A stretch of DNA of 35,184 nucleotides from Pseudomonadota bacterium (GCA_043820105.1 JBDREC010000076.1:62001-97184); one strand, 5' to 3'; shown: positions 9,698 through 20,118, counted from the first letter of the stretch. Program-made: numbers and translations. The notes: a model not told the origin generated them from the sequence alone.

Positions 9698-10744
9698 ATG
9701 ACAAAAAAAATCCATGGAATTATTTTATTAATAGGCATATTAATAAGCACAAGCATAGTTTCCATGGAGCATAGCGATGAAACAAACCCCAGGGAGGAAA
9801 GAATGATAACATTAGTAGAAATTGAAAATCTTTTAAATAATTATCAATTTGAAAGATATACTGAAGATGATCTAAAAAGGGAAATAATTCCGCTAGCCCT
9901 TTTATTATTAGATAGCCATATTCCAACAAACAGAATCTATGCTGCTTCCTTAATCATTTCATTTGGACCGCTTGACTTAATTACAGATTTCATTGGTTTA
10001 TTTAATGGTCTTGAATTTTATCAACCATTAAATCCAAATATTGCTTCAGTTGTTTATGAAAACAATCAATACACTTTTAAAGAAAATGAACTTTCAATTC
10101 CAGTCATTGCAAATGAAAAGGCATTAATTGAGGCAAGCTCAATATGGGCAGCAGCCTCCATTAGAGCAATCACAGACCTAAATAAAAAACATTCACAATA
10201 TTCACCAAAGCTCACAGCCCAGATTCTTGATAAAGCTGGCATTGTACTTTTTTATATGTTTAACAGAATTGCAGACAATCTAAGCCTGTATGAAAATAAA
10301 ATTCGTCTTGCTGCAAACTGGGCTCAATTCAAATTCACATATAATCCAAGTTTAAATATAAGATTTGATGGTCTTGAATACAAAAGATTCCAGGAAATCA
10401 CCTGGTTTCTTCCCAGAATATCATGTATATATAAAAATCTTGTACAACTAAGCATTCAAGAAAATGAAAATCATGAATTAGAAAAATCCCAGGCAAGTGA
10501 TTCTATTACAATAGAAGAAATTCAATATCTTTCAGATGAAATATTAAAAACAAGCCAAAGATTTCTGACAGTACAGGGCTATGGAAAAGATGCAACTAAA
10601 AGTGCCAAGAAAAAACTTAGAAAAAGCAATAAAACTTATAAAACCCAAAGTCTTGAAGAAATATTTTTAATCCAAGACCAAGGATGGAACAATTTTAGTG
10701 AAACAAATATATGTTTAAACTTTAATTCCTTTTTCAGCGACTAA
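9698..10744 (+). CDS. Hypothetical exported, predominantly helical protein
   Basis: 348-aa ORF with GAGG RBS and an N-terminal signal-like segment; no recognised motif. Confidence 0.7.
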   Translation: MTKKIHGIILLIGILISTSIVSMEHSDETNPREERMITLVEIENLLNNYQFERYTEDDLKREIIPLALLLLDSHIPTNRIYAASLIISFGPLDLITDFIGLFNGLEFYQPLNPNIASVVYENNQYTFKENELSIPVIANEKALIEASSIWAAASIRAITDLNKKHSQYSPKLTAQILDKAGIVLFYMFNRIADNLSLYENKIRLAANWAQFKFTYNPSLNIRFDGLEYKRFQEITWFLPRISCIYKNLVQLSIQENENHELEKSQASDSITIEEIQYLSDEILKTSQRFLTVQGYGKDATKSAKKKLRKSNKTYKTQSLEEIFLIQDQGWNNFSETNICLNFNSFFSD

Positions 10745-10908
10745 TTGCCCTCTCTTAATTTATTGTTTTTTCAGACACAAAAAACTCCTTTTGCCATTTC
10801 TATTCATTTGTGTTATAATATATAAATATAGTGACTTAGCTCGACAAAAGAATCATTGTTTTGTGTAACAGTAAAGAAAAAAAAATATTTTTTATAGGAG
10901 GGGATATC

Positions 10909-11952
10909 GTGAGGTTTTTTAAACTATTTTTTATATTAATTTCAGCTTTATCATTAACAACATCATGCGGAAGCTTGCTTGATTCATCATCTGGTGGGAG
11001 TGAAGCTGGTAATACAACAGTTGATTTTACATTAAGAGCTCAAATTTTTGATTCTGCCATTCCAAGCTTGTTTAAAAACATTAAATTCACAACAGAAGAT
11101 GATCCAACATATCAAGGTTTGCCAGATGGCGCTTCAGCTGGTTGCTGGGCTCCTGATGTTGAGGTGGATGATTTTGGCACTGGGTATGGAATTCCTCTAA
11201 ATATAAGTCCAACAACTTATAAAATAGCATTTAAAAGGGTCACCTTGCTTTCTGATTCTGAAGATTATGATGATGTCGATTTAATCAATGTAAGTAGTTT
11301 TGATGAAGCAGTAGTTGCTGACATTAAGGACATAGATGGAAATAATACTGTTACCTTACTTGATGGGCAAGTTACTTTAAATGAAGACGCTACTTATACA
11401 GGATTTGAGATTGAATTCTATTACATTGAAATGGGTTTACCTCATTTTATTGTTCCTGGAATTGATCCTGAAAATGAATCTACAGATGCAGAACCAATCT
11501 ACAGTCGAATGGTTTTTACAAGTTATGCTGAAAATGATAGCGCTACAGATAATGCTCAAAAACGTGATTTTCTGATCTTAGATCCTAGTGATGAAGAATA
11601 TAAATTGATTGATAATGATGGTGAGTTTATGTCTTTAGACAGTGACCACCGTGGAGTTGATCTATTTGCTGACGCTATTTGGGATAATGATCCAGTTATA
11701 TTAAGCACAGAATCTTCAGAAGGTGGCATGAGCTTTAGCTTCAATGGCACCATAACAGCAGCTGATGTTGCAAGTGAAGTTACAACCTTAAAATTTGATG
11801 TTGGTGAAGCCTGGTCATCATGGAGTTATATGGACTCTGATTATCCAGATGGATATGATTATTATGACTTTTCTTGGGGAAACTGTGGAATCCACCCAAT
11901 GCTTCCAATTATTGAAGTTGAAAACTCTGAAGAAGCAGAAGCCACTGAATAA
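10909..11952 (+). CDS. Acidic lipoprotein of unknown function
   Basis: Probable GTG start at 10909 after AGGAGG, in frame with the track ORF at 10861. Lipobox-like LTTSC, Ser-rich linker SSSGGS, very Asp/Glu-rich. Confidence 0.75.
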   Translation: MRFFKLFFILISALSLTTSCGSLLDSSSGGSEAGNTTVDFTLRAQIFDSAIPSLFKNIKFTTEDDPTYQGLPDGASAGCWAPDVEVDDFGTGYGIPLNISPTTYKIAFKRVTLLSDSEDYDDVDLINVSSFDEAVVADIKDIDGNNTVTLLDGQVTLNEDATYTGFEIEFYYIEMGLPHFIVPGIDPENESTDAEPIYSRMVFTSYAENDSATDNAQKRDFLILDPSDEEYKLIDNDGEFMSLDSDHRGVDLFADAIWDNDPVILSTESSEGGMSFSFNGTITAADVASEVTTLKFDVGEAWSSWSYMDSDYPDGYDYYDFSWGNCGIHPMLPIIEVENSEEAEATE

Positions 11953-12076
11953 GTTAATCCTGCGACATAATCTTTTTAGTTGTTCATTTTAAAATCAAAT
12001 AAACATTGACCATTTTAATCCATGCAACTACATAAATCCTATAAATTATATAATCAATCAAACAAGTTGAAACACA

Positions 12077-12796
12077 ATGAAAAACAATACATTATCAATT
12101 ATTATTCCTGTATACAATGAAGAAAACTATATAGGACAGATTTTATATAAACTAAAGGAGTTACATTTACTACTTGATACTAAAAAGGAAATAATACTTG
12201 TAAATGATGCTTCAAATGATAGGACCGATAAAAATATTCAACTTTTTTTGAGTGAAAATAAAGATCTTAACATTAACTATTTAAAACATGAAATAAACCA
12301 AGGCAAAGGTGCAAGCATTTCAACAGGGCTGCAGGTTGCTAGTGGGGAATTTGTAATCATCCAAGACGCTGACTTGGAATATGACCCAAATGAAATTAAT
12401 GAATTATTAAAACCAATATATAATGACCTGGCTGATGTAGTTTTAAGCTCCAGATTTATAGGCAATAAACCTCATCGAGTTTTGTATTTTACACATTATC
12501 TTGGCAATAAATTCATTACTTTTTTTTCAAATATTTTTACAAACTTGAATTTAACAGATATTGAATCAGGGTATAAACTTTTTAAAACCGAAATCCTCAA
12601 AAGCATTAAATTAGAAGAAAAGGGCTTTGGTTTTGAACCAGAAGTTATCGCTAAAATCAGCAAAATAAAAGACCTTAGAATATTTGAAATAGGAATTTCG
12701 TATTATGGCAGAACCTACAAAGAAGGAAAAAAAATAAAAGCTATTGATGGAATTTGGGCGCTTTATTCAATAATAAAATACAAATTGTTGTCCTAA
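12077..12796 (+). CDS. GT2 glycosyltransferase, polyprenol-phosphate mannose/glucose synthase (DPM1)-like
   Basis: IIIPVYNEE, VNDASNDRT, NQGKGAS, IQDADLEYDP, TDIESGYK, FGFEPEV, YGRTYKEGKKI. Confidence 0.92.
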   Translation: MKNNTLSIIIPVYNEENYIGQILYKLKELHLLLDTKKEIILVNDASNDRTDKNIQLFLSENKDLNINYLKHEINQGKGASISTGLQVASGEFVIIQDADLEYDPNEINELLKPIYNDLADVVLSSRFIGNKPHRVLYFTHYLGNKFITFFSNIFTNLNLTDIESGYKLFKTEILKSIKLEEKGFGFEPEVIAKISKIKDLRIFEIGISYYGRTYKEGKKIKAIDGIWALYSIIKYKLLS

Positions 12797-12800
12797 AGAT

Positions 12801-14612
12801 ATGAATTTAATTTTTAGATATAAAAAAGAAGCTTTAATTTTAATTTTAATCTTATTGCTTACATCTTTCGCCTTTTCTCCATCTCTAAAAGGTGAATTCT
12901 TAGTATCATGGGATGATAATACTCTTATTACCCAAAATGTTGATATTCAAAAATTAAATATGGAAAATATTCAGAATATATTTTCTAAATCATATGTCGG
13001 AATGTATATTCCACTGGTTATATTAAGTTTCGCGATAGAATACCATTTCGTAAAATATAACCCCTATATTTTTCATCTGACAAATCTGCTTTTTCACCTT
13101 CTCAATATAGTTTTAGTATTTCTTTTAATTACTATGCTTTTTTCTTTATATGAAAAAGTATACATTAAAAAACTGCAATATAAACTTATCATAGCAAGTT
13201 TAGTAACATTTCTATTTGCAATTCACCCAATGCATGTTGAATCTGTAGTATGGATCTCAGAACGCAAAGATCTCATGTTTACATTCTTTTTTTTATTTTC
13301 CACTTGTGCTTACTTAAAACACTTAAGCATAAGTACTATCGGAGCTAAGTTCTATGCAAATAAATACTATATATTAAGCCTTTTATTTTTCATACTAGCT
13401 CTTTTTTGTAAGGCACAAGCTGTTACCTTACCTATTGTTCTCTTATTAATTGATTATTTACTTTCAAATAAAATTAGTCTTAAAAATGTCTTTTTTGAAA
13501 AGATATTATTTTTCCTTCTAGCTTTGGTTTTTGGGATAATAGCTATTTTATCTCAGTTAAATGCTGGCATATTTTCAACATGCAAAGACTTTAATTTTTT
13601 AAATAAATTGTTTTTTATTATATATAGTTTTATTCAATATATTTTGAAACTTGCTCTGCCTTTTAACTTGTCGGCGTTTTATCAATATCCCAAACTTAAT
13701 AGTTTTACATATTTTTTATATTTGTTACTCTTTTTATTTATATTAAGCGCTCTGATATATCTTTACAGTAAAAAATATAAACTACTTATCTTTTCTGGTT
13801 TATTCTTTTTGATTAATATATCTATCGTACTACAAACAAGGGGAGCAAAAGTTTTTATGGCTGATAGATTTGTTTATTTGCCGTGTATTGGGTTTTTCCT
13901 GTTTTTTGCTTTACTAATTACAAAACTTAATAAAAAAATCTACCTTCACATTGCATTATGTATTTTTCTAATTTATGGACTTATCATTTCTTATCTGACT
14001 TTTGAAAGATCAAATGTTTTTGCAAACAGTAAAGCACTTTGGACTGATGTATTAAGCAAAACTTCAAATAATTCATATGCCTTATCAATGCGAGGCAATT
14101 ATTATAAATCGAAAAACTTTTTTGCAGAAGCATTAAAAGATTATGATCAAAGCTTGAGACTTAATAAAAATAATTTTTTGGCTTATTATCAAAGGTCACA
14201 AATTTTTTCTAATCAAGGCCAAATTAAAAAAGCATTAGAAGATCTTGATAAAGCAATAAATTTAAAACCCAATTTATATTATTTGTATAACAATAGAGGT
14301 GCTATTAAAAAAAGCTCAAAGGACCTTTCTGGGGCCTATGCTGATTTCTCTCAAGCTTTAAAAATACAAGCTAATTTAGCATCTTTTATTAACAGAGCAA
14401 GTTTGAATATAGACTTAAATAATTTCACACAAGCTTTGCAAGATCTCAAAGAAGCTGAACATTTTCAAAGCAATATTAGTTTAATTCATTTTTATAAGGG
14501 AATAGCATTGGTAAATTTGAATAAAAAGAAGCAAGGTTGCAGGCATCTAATAAAAGCTAATGAAATGAATATTAAAAAGGTAAAATATTTCTTACAGAAA
14601 TTTTGCAACTAA
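12801..14612 (+). CDS. TMTC-like GT-C membrane glycosyltransferase with C-terminal TPR repeats
   Basis: WDD acidic motif after TM1, HPMHVESVVWISERKD, ADRFVYLP, many TM segments, then TPR repeats (e.g. AYYQRSQIF...ALEDLDKAI, YNNRGAI). Confidence 0.85.
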   Translation: MNLIFRYKKEALILILILLLTSFAFSPSLKGEFLVSWDDNTLITQNVDIQKLNMENIQNIFSKSYVGMYIPLVILSFAIEYHFVKYNPYIFHLTNLLFHLLNIVLVFLLITMLFSLYEKVYIKKLQYKLIIASLVTFLFAIHPMHVESVVWISERKDLMFTFFFLFSTCAYLKHLSISTIGAKFYANKYYILSLLFFILALFCKAQAVTLPIVLLLIDYLLSNKISLKNVFFEKILFFLLALVFGIIAILSQLNAGIFSTCKDFNFLNKLFFIIYSFIQYILKLALPFNLSAFYQYPKLNSFTYFLYLLLFLFILSALIYLYSKKYKLLIFSGLFFLINISIVLQTRGAKVFMADRFVYLPCIGFFLFFALLITKLNKKIYLHIALCIFLIYGLIISYLTFERSNVFANSKALWTDVLSKTSNNSYALSMRGNYYKSKNFFAEALKDYDQSLRLNKNNFLAYYQRSQIFSNQGQIKKALEDLDKAINLKPNLYYLYNNRGAIKKSSKDLSGAYADFSQALKIQANLASFINRASLNIDLNNFTQALQDLKEAEHFQSNISLIHFYKGIALVNLNKKKQGCRHLIKANEMNIKKVKYFLQKFCN

Positions 14613-14616
14613 AATT

Positions 14617-15792
14617 CTATAAAGTTTTATCAAATAAATTAATCAATTCCAGTTCCTGATATTTATTCATATCATAAGGAATAACATGCTCAAAGCTTCT
14701 AAAATCATATTTTTCTGTGTTGATTCCATTTTTTAGAAAATATTTTTCTTCTCTTTCTGAAAACCTTTCTGGAACAATCACATCATCAGCTGCTTCTACT
14801 AAAATAACCTTACTACCTGCTTCCAGGAGTCTTTTGTTTAAGTTTGTAAATATTCTTTTTAAATGCAGATAATATTGTAAAAAGCGAGTAGCAGAGCCTG
14901 GAACAGCTCTTTCTTCATCAACATCATTTCCGCCCATTTTATTATTCCAACGATTACCCAAATCAATTGAGCCCTTCTTTGATAAAAAGGCTTGAAATAG
15001 TCCCTTTGGAACCTGATCGAGCACTGTCCATAAAGCCCTTGGTCTTATAAAACCTAAGCCCTTATCTGTAGCTGGCATTAATAGATATAGTTTTTTAGGT
15101 GCAGCAATACTTTCAATTTCGCTTCCTGCCATTGCATTCATTGCTCCAAGGGAATGACCGAAGTAATTTATTTCACCTTCGCCTATTCTTCCAAGCTCTT
15201 GCAGTTTAGCAAGTATTTTTATTGTATCTAAGAACTCCAAATCTAAAGAAATGTTACTAACAGCATCAAGATTTTGCATGTATTCAAATGTACCTCGACC
15301 CATATTGTTAATACCAATTATTTTTGGATTCTTATAGCCCTTATTTTTTAGAGACAATAATAAGATCTTTAAAAAATCACCTTCAATATGTGCAGTTGTT
15401 TCACCCCAACCATTAAAAATAATCCAATATGAATCAGGTTTTTCATATGGGTTTTCTGATACTTCTAAAACAATTCTTTTACTCGTTGGAAGCTCATCAG
15501 GTCTTGACCTGGAAACTTCATCTTCAGTGAACTCAATATCAAATTTACTTAAGGAAAAATGATAAGGAAGATCATTCAGAAATAAATGACCATGAAGTTC
15601 ATCATATGCAAAATCATAAAATCTTCCCTCACGATTCCAAACATCATTTAATGTAGAAAAATCACAATTGTTTAGTTTTTGAACAATTTTATCGAAATTT
15701 TGCGTTGAAAATAAAAGTGAATTTGAGGAAATTAAAAAAAACAGTGCTGTAATTAGTTGTATTCGTATAAATCCCATCTCATACCATCCCAT
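14617..15792 (-). CDS. Exported alpha/beta-hydrolase fold protein
   Basis: Signal-like N-terminus; NGWG oxyanion segment; GHSLG nucleophile elbow; candidate Asp (ADDVIVP) and His (FEHVIP). Confidence 0.75.
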   Translation of the reverse strand: MGWYEMGFIRIQLITALFFLISSNSLLFSTQNFDKIVQKLNNCDFSTLNDVWNREGRFYDFAYDELHGHLFLNDLPYHFSLSKFDIEFTEDEVSRSRPDELPTSKRIVLEVSENPYEKPDSYWIIFNGWGETTAHIEGDFLKILLLSLKNKGYKNPKIIGINNMGRGTFEYMQNLDAVSNISLDLEFLDTIKILAKLQELGRIGEGEINYFGHSLGAMNAMAGSEIESIAAPKKLYLLMPATDKGLGFIRPRALWTVLDQVPKGLFQAFLSKKGSIDLGNRWNNKMGGNDVDEERAVPGSATRFLQYYLHLKRIFTNLNKRLLEAGSKVILVEAADDVIVPERFSEREEKYFLKNGINTEKYDFRSFEHVIPYDMNKYQELELINLFDKTL

Positions 15793-16007
15793 AGTTGTTT
15801 TCTAGGTTATCATGCAATGCGTTAGCACGTCTTCTGTTTTTTGTCAAATTTATTTTGAGATAGCCCTAGCACAATTGTCCATGGACTTAGCGTTAAAATA
15901 GTTGATAATTTTTTATTATTATTGCACCTCTTAATAAAGCAAAATAAAACGAAAAATAAACATGCACAAATACCACTTAAATTCCAACAACTTATACTGG
16001 GACTTTA

Positions 16008-16535
16008 CTATTTCTTTTTTGCTAGCTTTTGCTTATTTACTTGTATTAGGGCAACACCACGATCAAGCAGATATCTTACAAGTTTAATATTTCCCTTTTC
16101 AACTGCCATCATTAAAACAGTTTTATCTATTTCATTAGAGCTATTAATATCGGCTCCATGCATAATAAGCCAAATAGCAGTTTCAGTTTGCTCAAAAAGG
16201 GTTGCATCGAAAAGTGCTGTCATGCCATGCCTATCTTTTAATTCAAGTTCACATTTATAATTATCAGGCACTCCGGGGGCACCAAGAGCCAGAATACTTG
16301 CACTTTGTGTGCCGCCTTCTCTAGCTGCCTCCATTAAAGCTGTACGACCAGATGAATCTTGAGTGTTAGGATTCACACCATTTGCTATTAAAAATGCAAC
16401 AACTTCAAATTCATTTTTAGCAGCTGCCCAATGAAGAGGCGTTGTACTATCTCCATTTGGTTTATCAAGAATAGCACCAACAAACCCGTCTGGATCTGCG
16501 TTACGCGAGATAATAATATATTTTTTTAAGATCAC
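16008..16535 (-). CDS. Ankyrin-repeat protein (about 4 repeats)
   Basis: TPLHWAAA, GRTALMEAA, GMTALFDAT and KTVLMMAV repeats with GADIN/GVNPN linkers. Confidence 0.85.
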   Translation of the reverse strand: MILKKYIIISRNADPDGFVGAILDKPNGDSTTPLHWAAAKNEFEVVAFLIANGVNPNTQDSSGRTALMEAAREGGTQSASILALGAPGVPDNYKCELELKDRHGMTALFDATLFEQTETAIWLIMHGADINSSNEIDKTVLMMAVEKGNIKLVRYLLDRGVALIQVNKQKLAKKK

Positions 16536-16537
16536 CC

Positions 16538-17023
16538 TTATTCAACCCATTCTTTTATCTTTTTCTTTATCTTAAGCTCTAACTTTTTTTCAATCTCTTT
16601 CCACTCTTTTTCGCCTAATTCTTCATTGTTATCTTCATCACTTTCTGCCCATCCTTTTAACTTGGTCATTATTTTCTTTTCAATCTTTTCTCCAATCTCA
16701 TCCCACTCTTGACTACATTTATCTTTTTTCTTCTTCTGCTTGCAAGAAGCATGTGATCCGCCACCATAAACGCAGATTACTCCCAGTAAAAATCCAAAAT
16801 CATACCAGCTGCCAGTGTTATTTGATTCATAAATCCTAACACTATCAGAAAATAAACTGATTACAAATGCAATCACAGAAATAATCCCATGCCATAGACC
16901 CATGAAAAAGCCAGCTGGGTTTGAAGTTGTGAATTTAGCGTTTCCAGCTGCGCAGCCTGATATAAATAAAATTGTAATTAAAAAAACAATACAAACTATA
17001 ATTTTTTGTCTATTACTTTTCAT
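16538..17023 (-). CDS. Hypothetical membrane lipoprotein
   Basis: GAGG RBS; lipobox-like ISGC; hydrophobic core AGFFMGLWHG...IYE.NN.G.WYDFGFLLG; charged C-terminal tail. Confidence 0.75.
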   Translation of the reverse strand: MKSNRQKIIVCIVFLITILFISGCAAGNAKFTTSNPAGFFMGLWHGIISVIAFVISLFSDSVRIYESNNTGSWYDFGFLLGVICVYGGGSHASCKQKKKKDKCSQEWDEIGEKIEKKIMTKLKGWAESDEDNNEELGEKEWKEIEKKLELKIKKKIKEWVE

Positions 17024-17210
17024 TTTAACCTCTCATTTTCTTTTAACTGGATATATTTTATGTAAAATATTATTTTTTGGCAATTAAGAAAAGCAGCTTA
17101 GATACATTTGATTTCCTAAATGTCCAGATAAGCTATAGACATTTTATATTTCGTGTTTAAATTATGGATCATCTCCGAATTGCGTACCCAAGCTAAAAGT
17201 TTTAACAGAT

Positions 17211-17371
17211 CTCTTTTATAAAATGCTAAGCACCGATCTCCTTACTCAGTCGCAAAAAGTATTTGATTTCATCAAGTTCAAGTCTTCCTCTGTCAGACCT
17301 GAACTTAAAGAAATCAATATACTTTTTATTGCTTGAATAAGGAGTGTGGGCATTAGCTTTTTGAAAAAGAG
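17211..17371 (-). ncRNA. ~160-nt imperfect long hairpin; candidate structured RNA or non-autonomous palindromic element
   Basis: Nested complementary blocks: CTCTTTT/AAAAGAG, GCTAA/TTAGC, CTCCTTA/TAAGGAG, AAAAAGTAT/ATACTTTTT, TTGATTTC/GAAATCAA, AAGTTCA/TGAACTT, GTCT/AGAC around a 9-nt loop. Confidence 0.5.
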
Positions 17372-17414
17372 GTTTTGTAATGTTTTTTATAGGCCCGGTT
17401 TATTGTTTAGGTAT

Positions 17415-18395
17415 TCAAATTGGAGATGATCCAAAAATTTCCTTTCCTTTTCTTAATAATTTTTGAAAATGGACATTATAAGTCCATATGTCTGTAGATG
17501 TTTGATCAAACTCCACATCAAAGACAAGCTCAAAGAGCCTACTTTTCTTTTTAACATCGATTTTTAATAAATTTTCAAAATTAGATAAATCAGAAAGAAT
17601 TGGCAGCTTTAAATAAATCTTTTGTTTTTTTCTCAAGTTTGAAAGATTTTCTAAGCCTGAAAAATTAATGATAATACTAACATGTTCAATAAATAAATAA
17701 GCTACTTCTTGAATCTGAGAATAAGGATTCATCCATAAATTTCCAGGCATCTTATTAAAAAAAGGAGCAATAACAGATAGTCTGGCATTTTTTTCTAACT
17801 GTCTAAGATCAAACTCTTCATAATAAGTAATTTTATTTACAAAATCTCCAGGATCAGGGAAAAGAAACAATTCCCCATAGCTTCCATCTTTACCATCACC
17901 CCCTGATTTACCATGATCACATCCACATCCACCATTACCACCATGTCCCCCTCTCTGATACAATGAAACATAACTTAAAAGCTCGATCTCTTCAAAATAA
18001 AGACTGATATCTCCACCCCTAGAGCCATTCCTACCATCTTCACCATGTTTACTAGAACTATGGGAATGATGATGATGATCCATACCTGGTCTATCAGAAT
18101 CCGGTCTATAATCCCTATCATCGTCATCCTCACATTTACCGTCTTTTCCATCACCTCCATCTTTGCCTTCAGTGATTACTAAAATTCTTTCACCATATGG
18201 GCAAGAAGAAATCTCCCACTTTTCTTTATCAATGTCATAAATTCTAATTGTTACAATATCATCACTTTCATTTGTACGATGAACATATAAAAAGATGTCC
18301 TTGTCAGCATAGTCAAATACACAAGTTGCATATAGATTTGTGAATAATAGACTTAAAATCATGAAGAAAATAAGGCAAAATAATGCTTTTTTCAC
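17415..18395 (-). CDS. Secreted glycine-rich (collagen-like / GxxG repeat) protein with a His tract
   Basis: GTG start after GGAG; signal peptide; GKDGGDGKDG, GEDGRNGSRGG, GGHGGNGGCGC and GKSGGDGKDG segments; HHHHSHSS. Confidence 0.75.
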   Translation of the reverse strand: MKKALFCLIFFMILSLLFTNLYATCVFDYADKDIFLYVHRTNESDDIVTIRIYDIDKEKWEISSCPYGERILVITEGKDGGDGKDGKCEDDDDRDYRPDSDRPGMDHHHHSHSSSKHGEDGRNGSRGGDISLYFEEIELLSYVSLYQRGGHGGNGGCGCDHGKSGGDGKDGSYGELFLFPDPGDFVNKITYYEEFDLRQLEKNARLSVIAPFFNKMPGNLWMNPYSQIQEVAYLFIEHVSIIINFSGLENLSNLRKKQKIYLKLPILSDLSNFENLLKIDVKKKSRLFELVFDVEFDQTSTDIWTYNVHFQKLLRKGKEIFGSSPI

Positions 18396-18503
18396 TTGTC
18401 ATCTCCATTTGTTGTTAAAATTAACAATTAAGTAAAGAAACTACTGTCAATAATATTTTCAAATAAAACCACTTTTACCTATGCTAAAGTTTTAATTTTT
18501 AAT

Positions 18504-18519
18504 AGCAAAAATTATGCCA
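18504..18519 (-). promoter_or_regulatory. Sigma-54 (-24/-12) promoter for the Gly-rich protein gene
   Basis: Minus strand reads TGGCATAATTTTTGCT: GG-N10-GC with a consensus TTGCT, about 110 bp upstream of the start. Confidence 0.7.
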
Positions 18520-18906
18520 CAGAAAACAAGCATATCCCTAAAACCCTAACACACTGGAATTACTAGAAATTAGCATACGATGAAGCTTTTAATAATTATC
18601 AACACTGAGAGAAAATTTGTAATTCAACTCAAAACTGATAATTAAACCCACGTTTGCAAAACAAAATTCCCACACTTTTTTTTGAATACTATTTGAAAAT
18701 TTCAATATCATATTAAATTAATTTTCTGCCTTTGGGGGCATCAATAAGGATATTACAGAGAAAATGATTAGTGGGTCAACCAATATACCTGTACTATTTT
18801 TTTTACTTTCTTGTCATTTATTTAAAATTATTTTAAACAAATTCAATAACTTTTAAAGCAATCATCCAGAAATAAAATAACTATAAATAGTAAAGAAAGA
18901 TAAGAA

Positions 18907-20118
18907 ATGTTACGATTTAAGATTATAGTTTTAATAATAATTTTGCCTGTTTTCCTATTAGGGACAAGTTATTATGAAAAATCTATAAATAAATTAGTTT
19001 CAAATGGATCAGTTTATGTAAGGGATGATAATGAAAATGAACTCATTAAAATAAATATTAATAAAGAGTTTATACCGGCATCTATTCTCAAAATAATAAC
19101 AGCAATGGCTGCTTATAATTACCTGGGAAAAGATTTCCGATTCAAAACTGAATTTTATTTTGATCATAATAAAAATCTTTATATTAAAGGCTATGGAGAC
19201 CCGCTTTTGATTTCTGAAGAGATTGACCTTATAGCTAAAGAATTTGCCAAAAGAGGTCTTAAAAATATTAATTCTATTTTTTTAGACACTAGTTTTTTTG
19301 ATAAAAACATTAAAATCGATGGTGTTGAAAATTCATTAAATCCCTATGACACAACAAATGGCGCACTTTGTGTAAATTTTAATACAATTAATGTGAAAAT
19401 TGATAATAACTTCAAAATTCATTCCTTAGAAAAGCAAACTCCAATCACAGGCTTTGCTAAAACTTTAATTCGCAAAAAACACCCAAATAAAAAAGGATTA
19501 AAAGATAGAATTGTTTTATCCCATGAGAAAAATGAAATAATTTTATATGCAGGTCACCTTTTTGCTGAGTTTCTTAAAAAATATGGAATAAAAGTAAATG
19601 GAAAAATAATAAAAAAAGATGTTTCAAAAGAAGCAGGCCTTTTTTATCAGCACTTAAGCTCAAAAACTTTAGATGATATCATCAAATCTATGATGAAATA
19701 TTCAACAAACTTTACAGCTAACCAGATTTTTCTTAGCTTAGGAGCAATCATAAATGATCCACCTGCAAGTGTTGATAAAAGTTCTTTGTTAATATCTCAA
19801 TATCTCAAAAAACAATTTAATATTACAAGAGCAAATATAGTTGAAGGTTCCGGCATTTCAAGAAAAAACAAGATTTCAGCTAAAGATTTGATGACTGTCT
19901 TAATATCTTATACAAAAGAATATGCTTATACTTTTACCAATAAAACTGGGGCCTTTTATAAAACCGGAACCTTAAGTAACATTAAAACAGCGGCTGGCTT
20001 TATAAAAAAGGATAATCAAGAAAAAGTTTATTTTGTCATAATTTTAAATAATGAAACTAATTTTAGAAAAAGAGACAAGATACTTTCTCTTATAAAAAAG
20101 ATGATACTGGAAAATTAA
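18907..20118 (+). CDS. dacB: D-alanyl-D-alanine carboxypeptidase/endopeptidase (PBP4, peptidase S13)
   Basis: FIPASILK (SxxK), GYGDP, KYSTN (SxN), EGSGISR and KTGTL (KTG). Confidence 0.92.
   Translation: MLRFKIIVLIIILPVFLLGTSYYEKSINKLVSNGSVYVRDDNENELIKININKEFIPASILKIITAMAAYNYLGKDFRFKTEFYFDHNKNLYIKGYGDPLLISEEIDLIAKEFAKRGLKNINSIFLDTSFFDKNIKIDGVENSLNPYDTTNGALCVNFNTINVKIDNNFKIHSLEKQTPITGFAKTLIRKKHPNKKGLKDRIVLSHEKNEIILYAGHLFAEFLKKYGIKVNGKIIKKDVSKEAGLFYQHLSSKTLDDIIKSMMKYSTNFTANQIFLSLGAIINDPPASVDKSSLLISQYLKKQFNITRANIVEGSGISRKNKISAKDLMTVLISYTKEYAYTFTNKTGAFYKTGTLSNIKTAAGFIKKDNQEKVYFVIILNNETNFRKRDKILSLIKKMILEN

Noticed and set aside
17211-17371. 6S RNA or a simple terminator
   Set aside because: No large central bubble or typical 6S gene context, and far too long for an intrinsic terminator.
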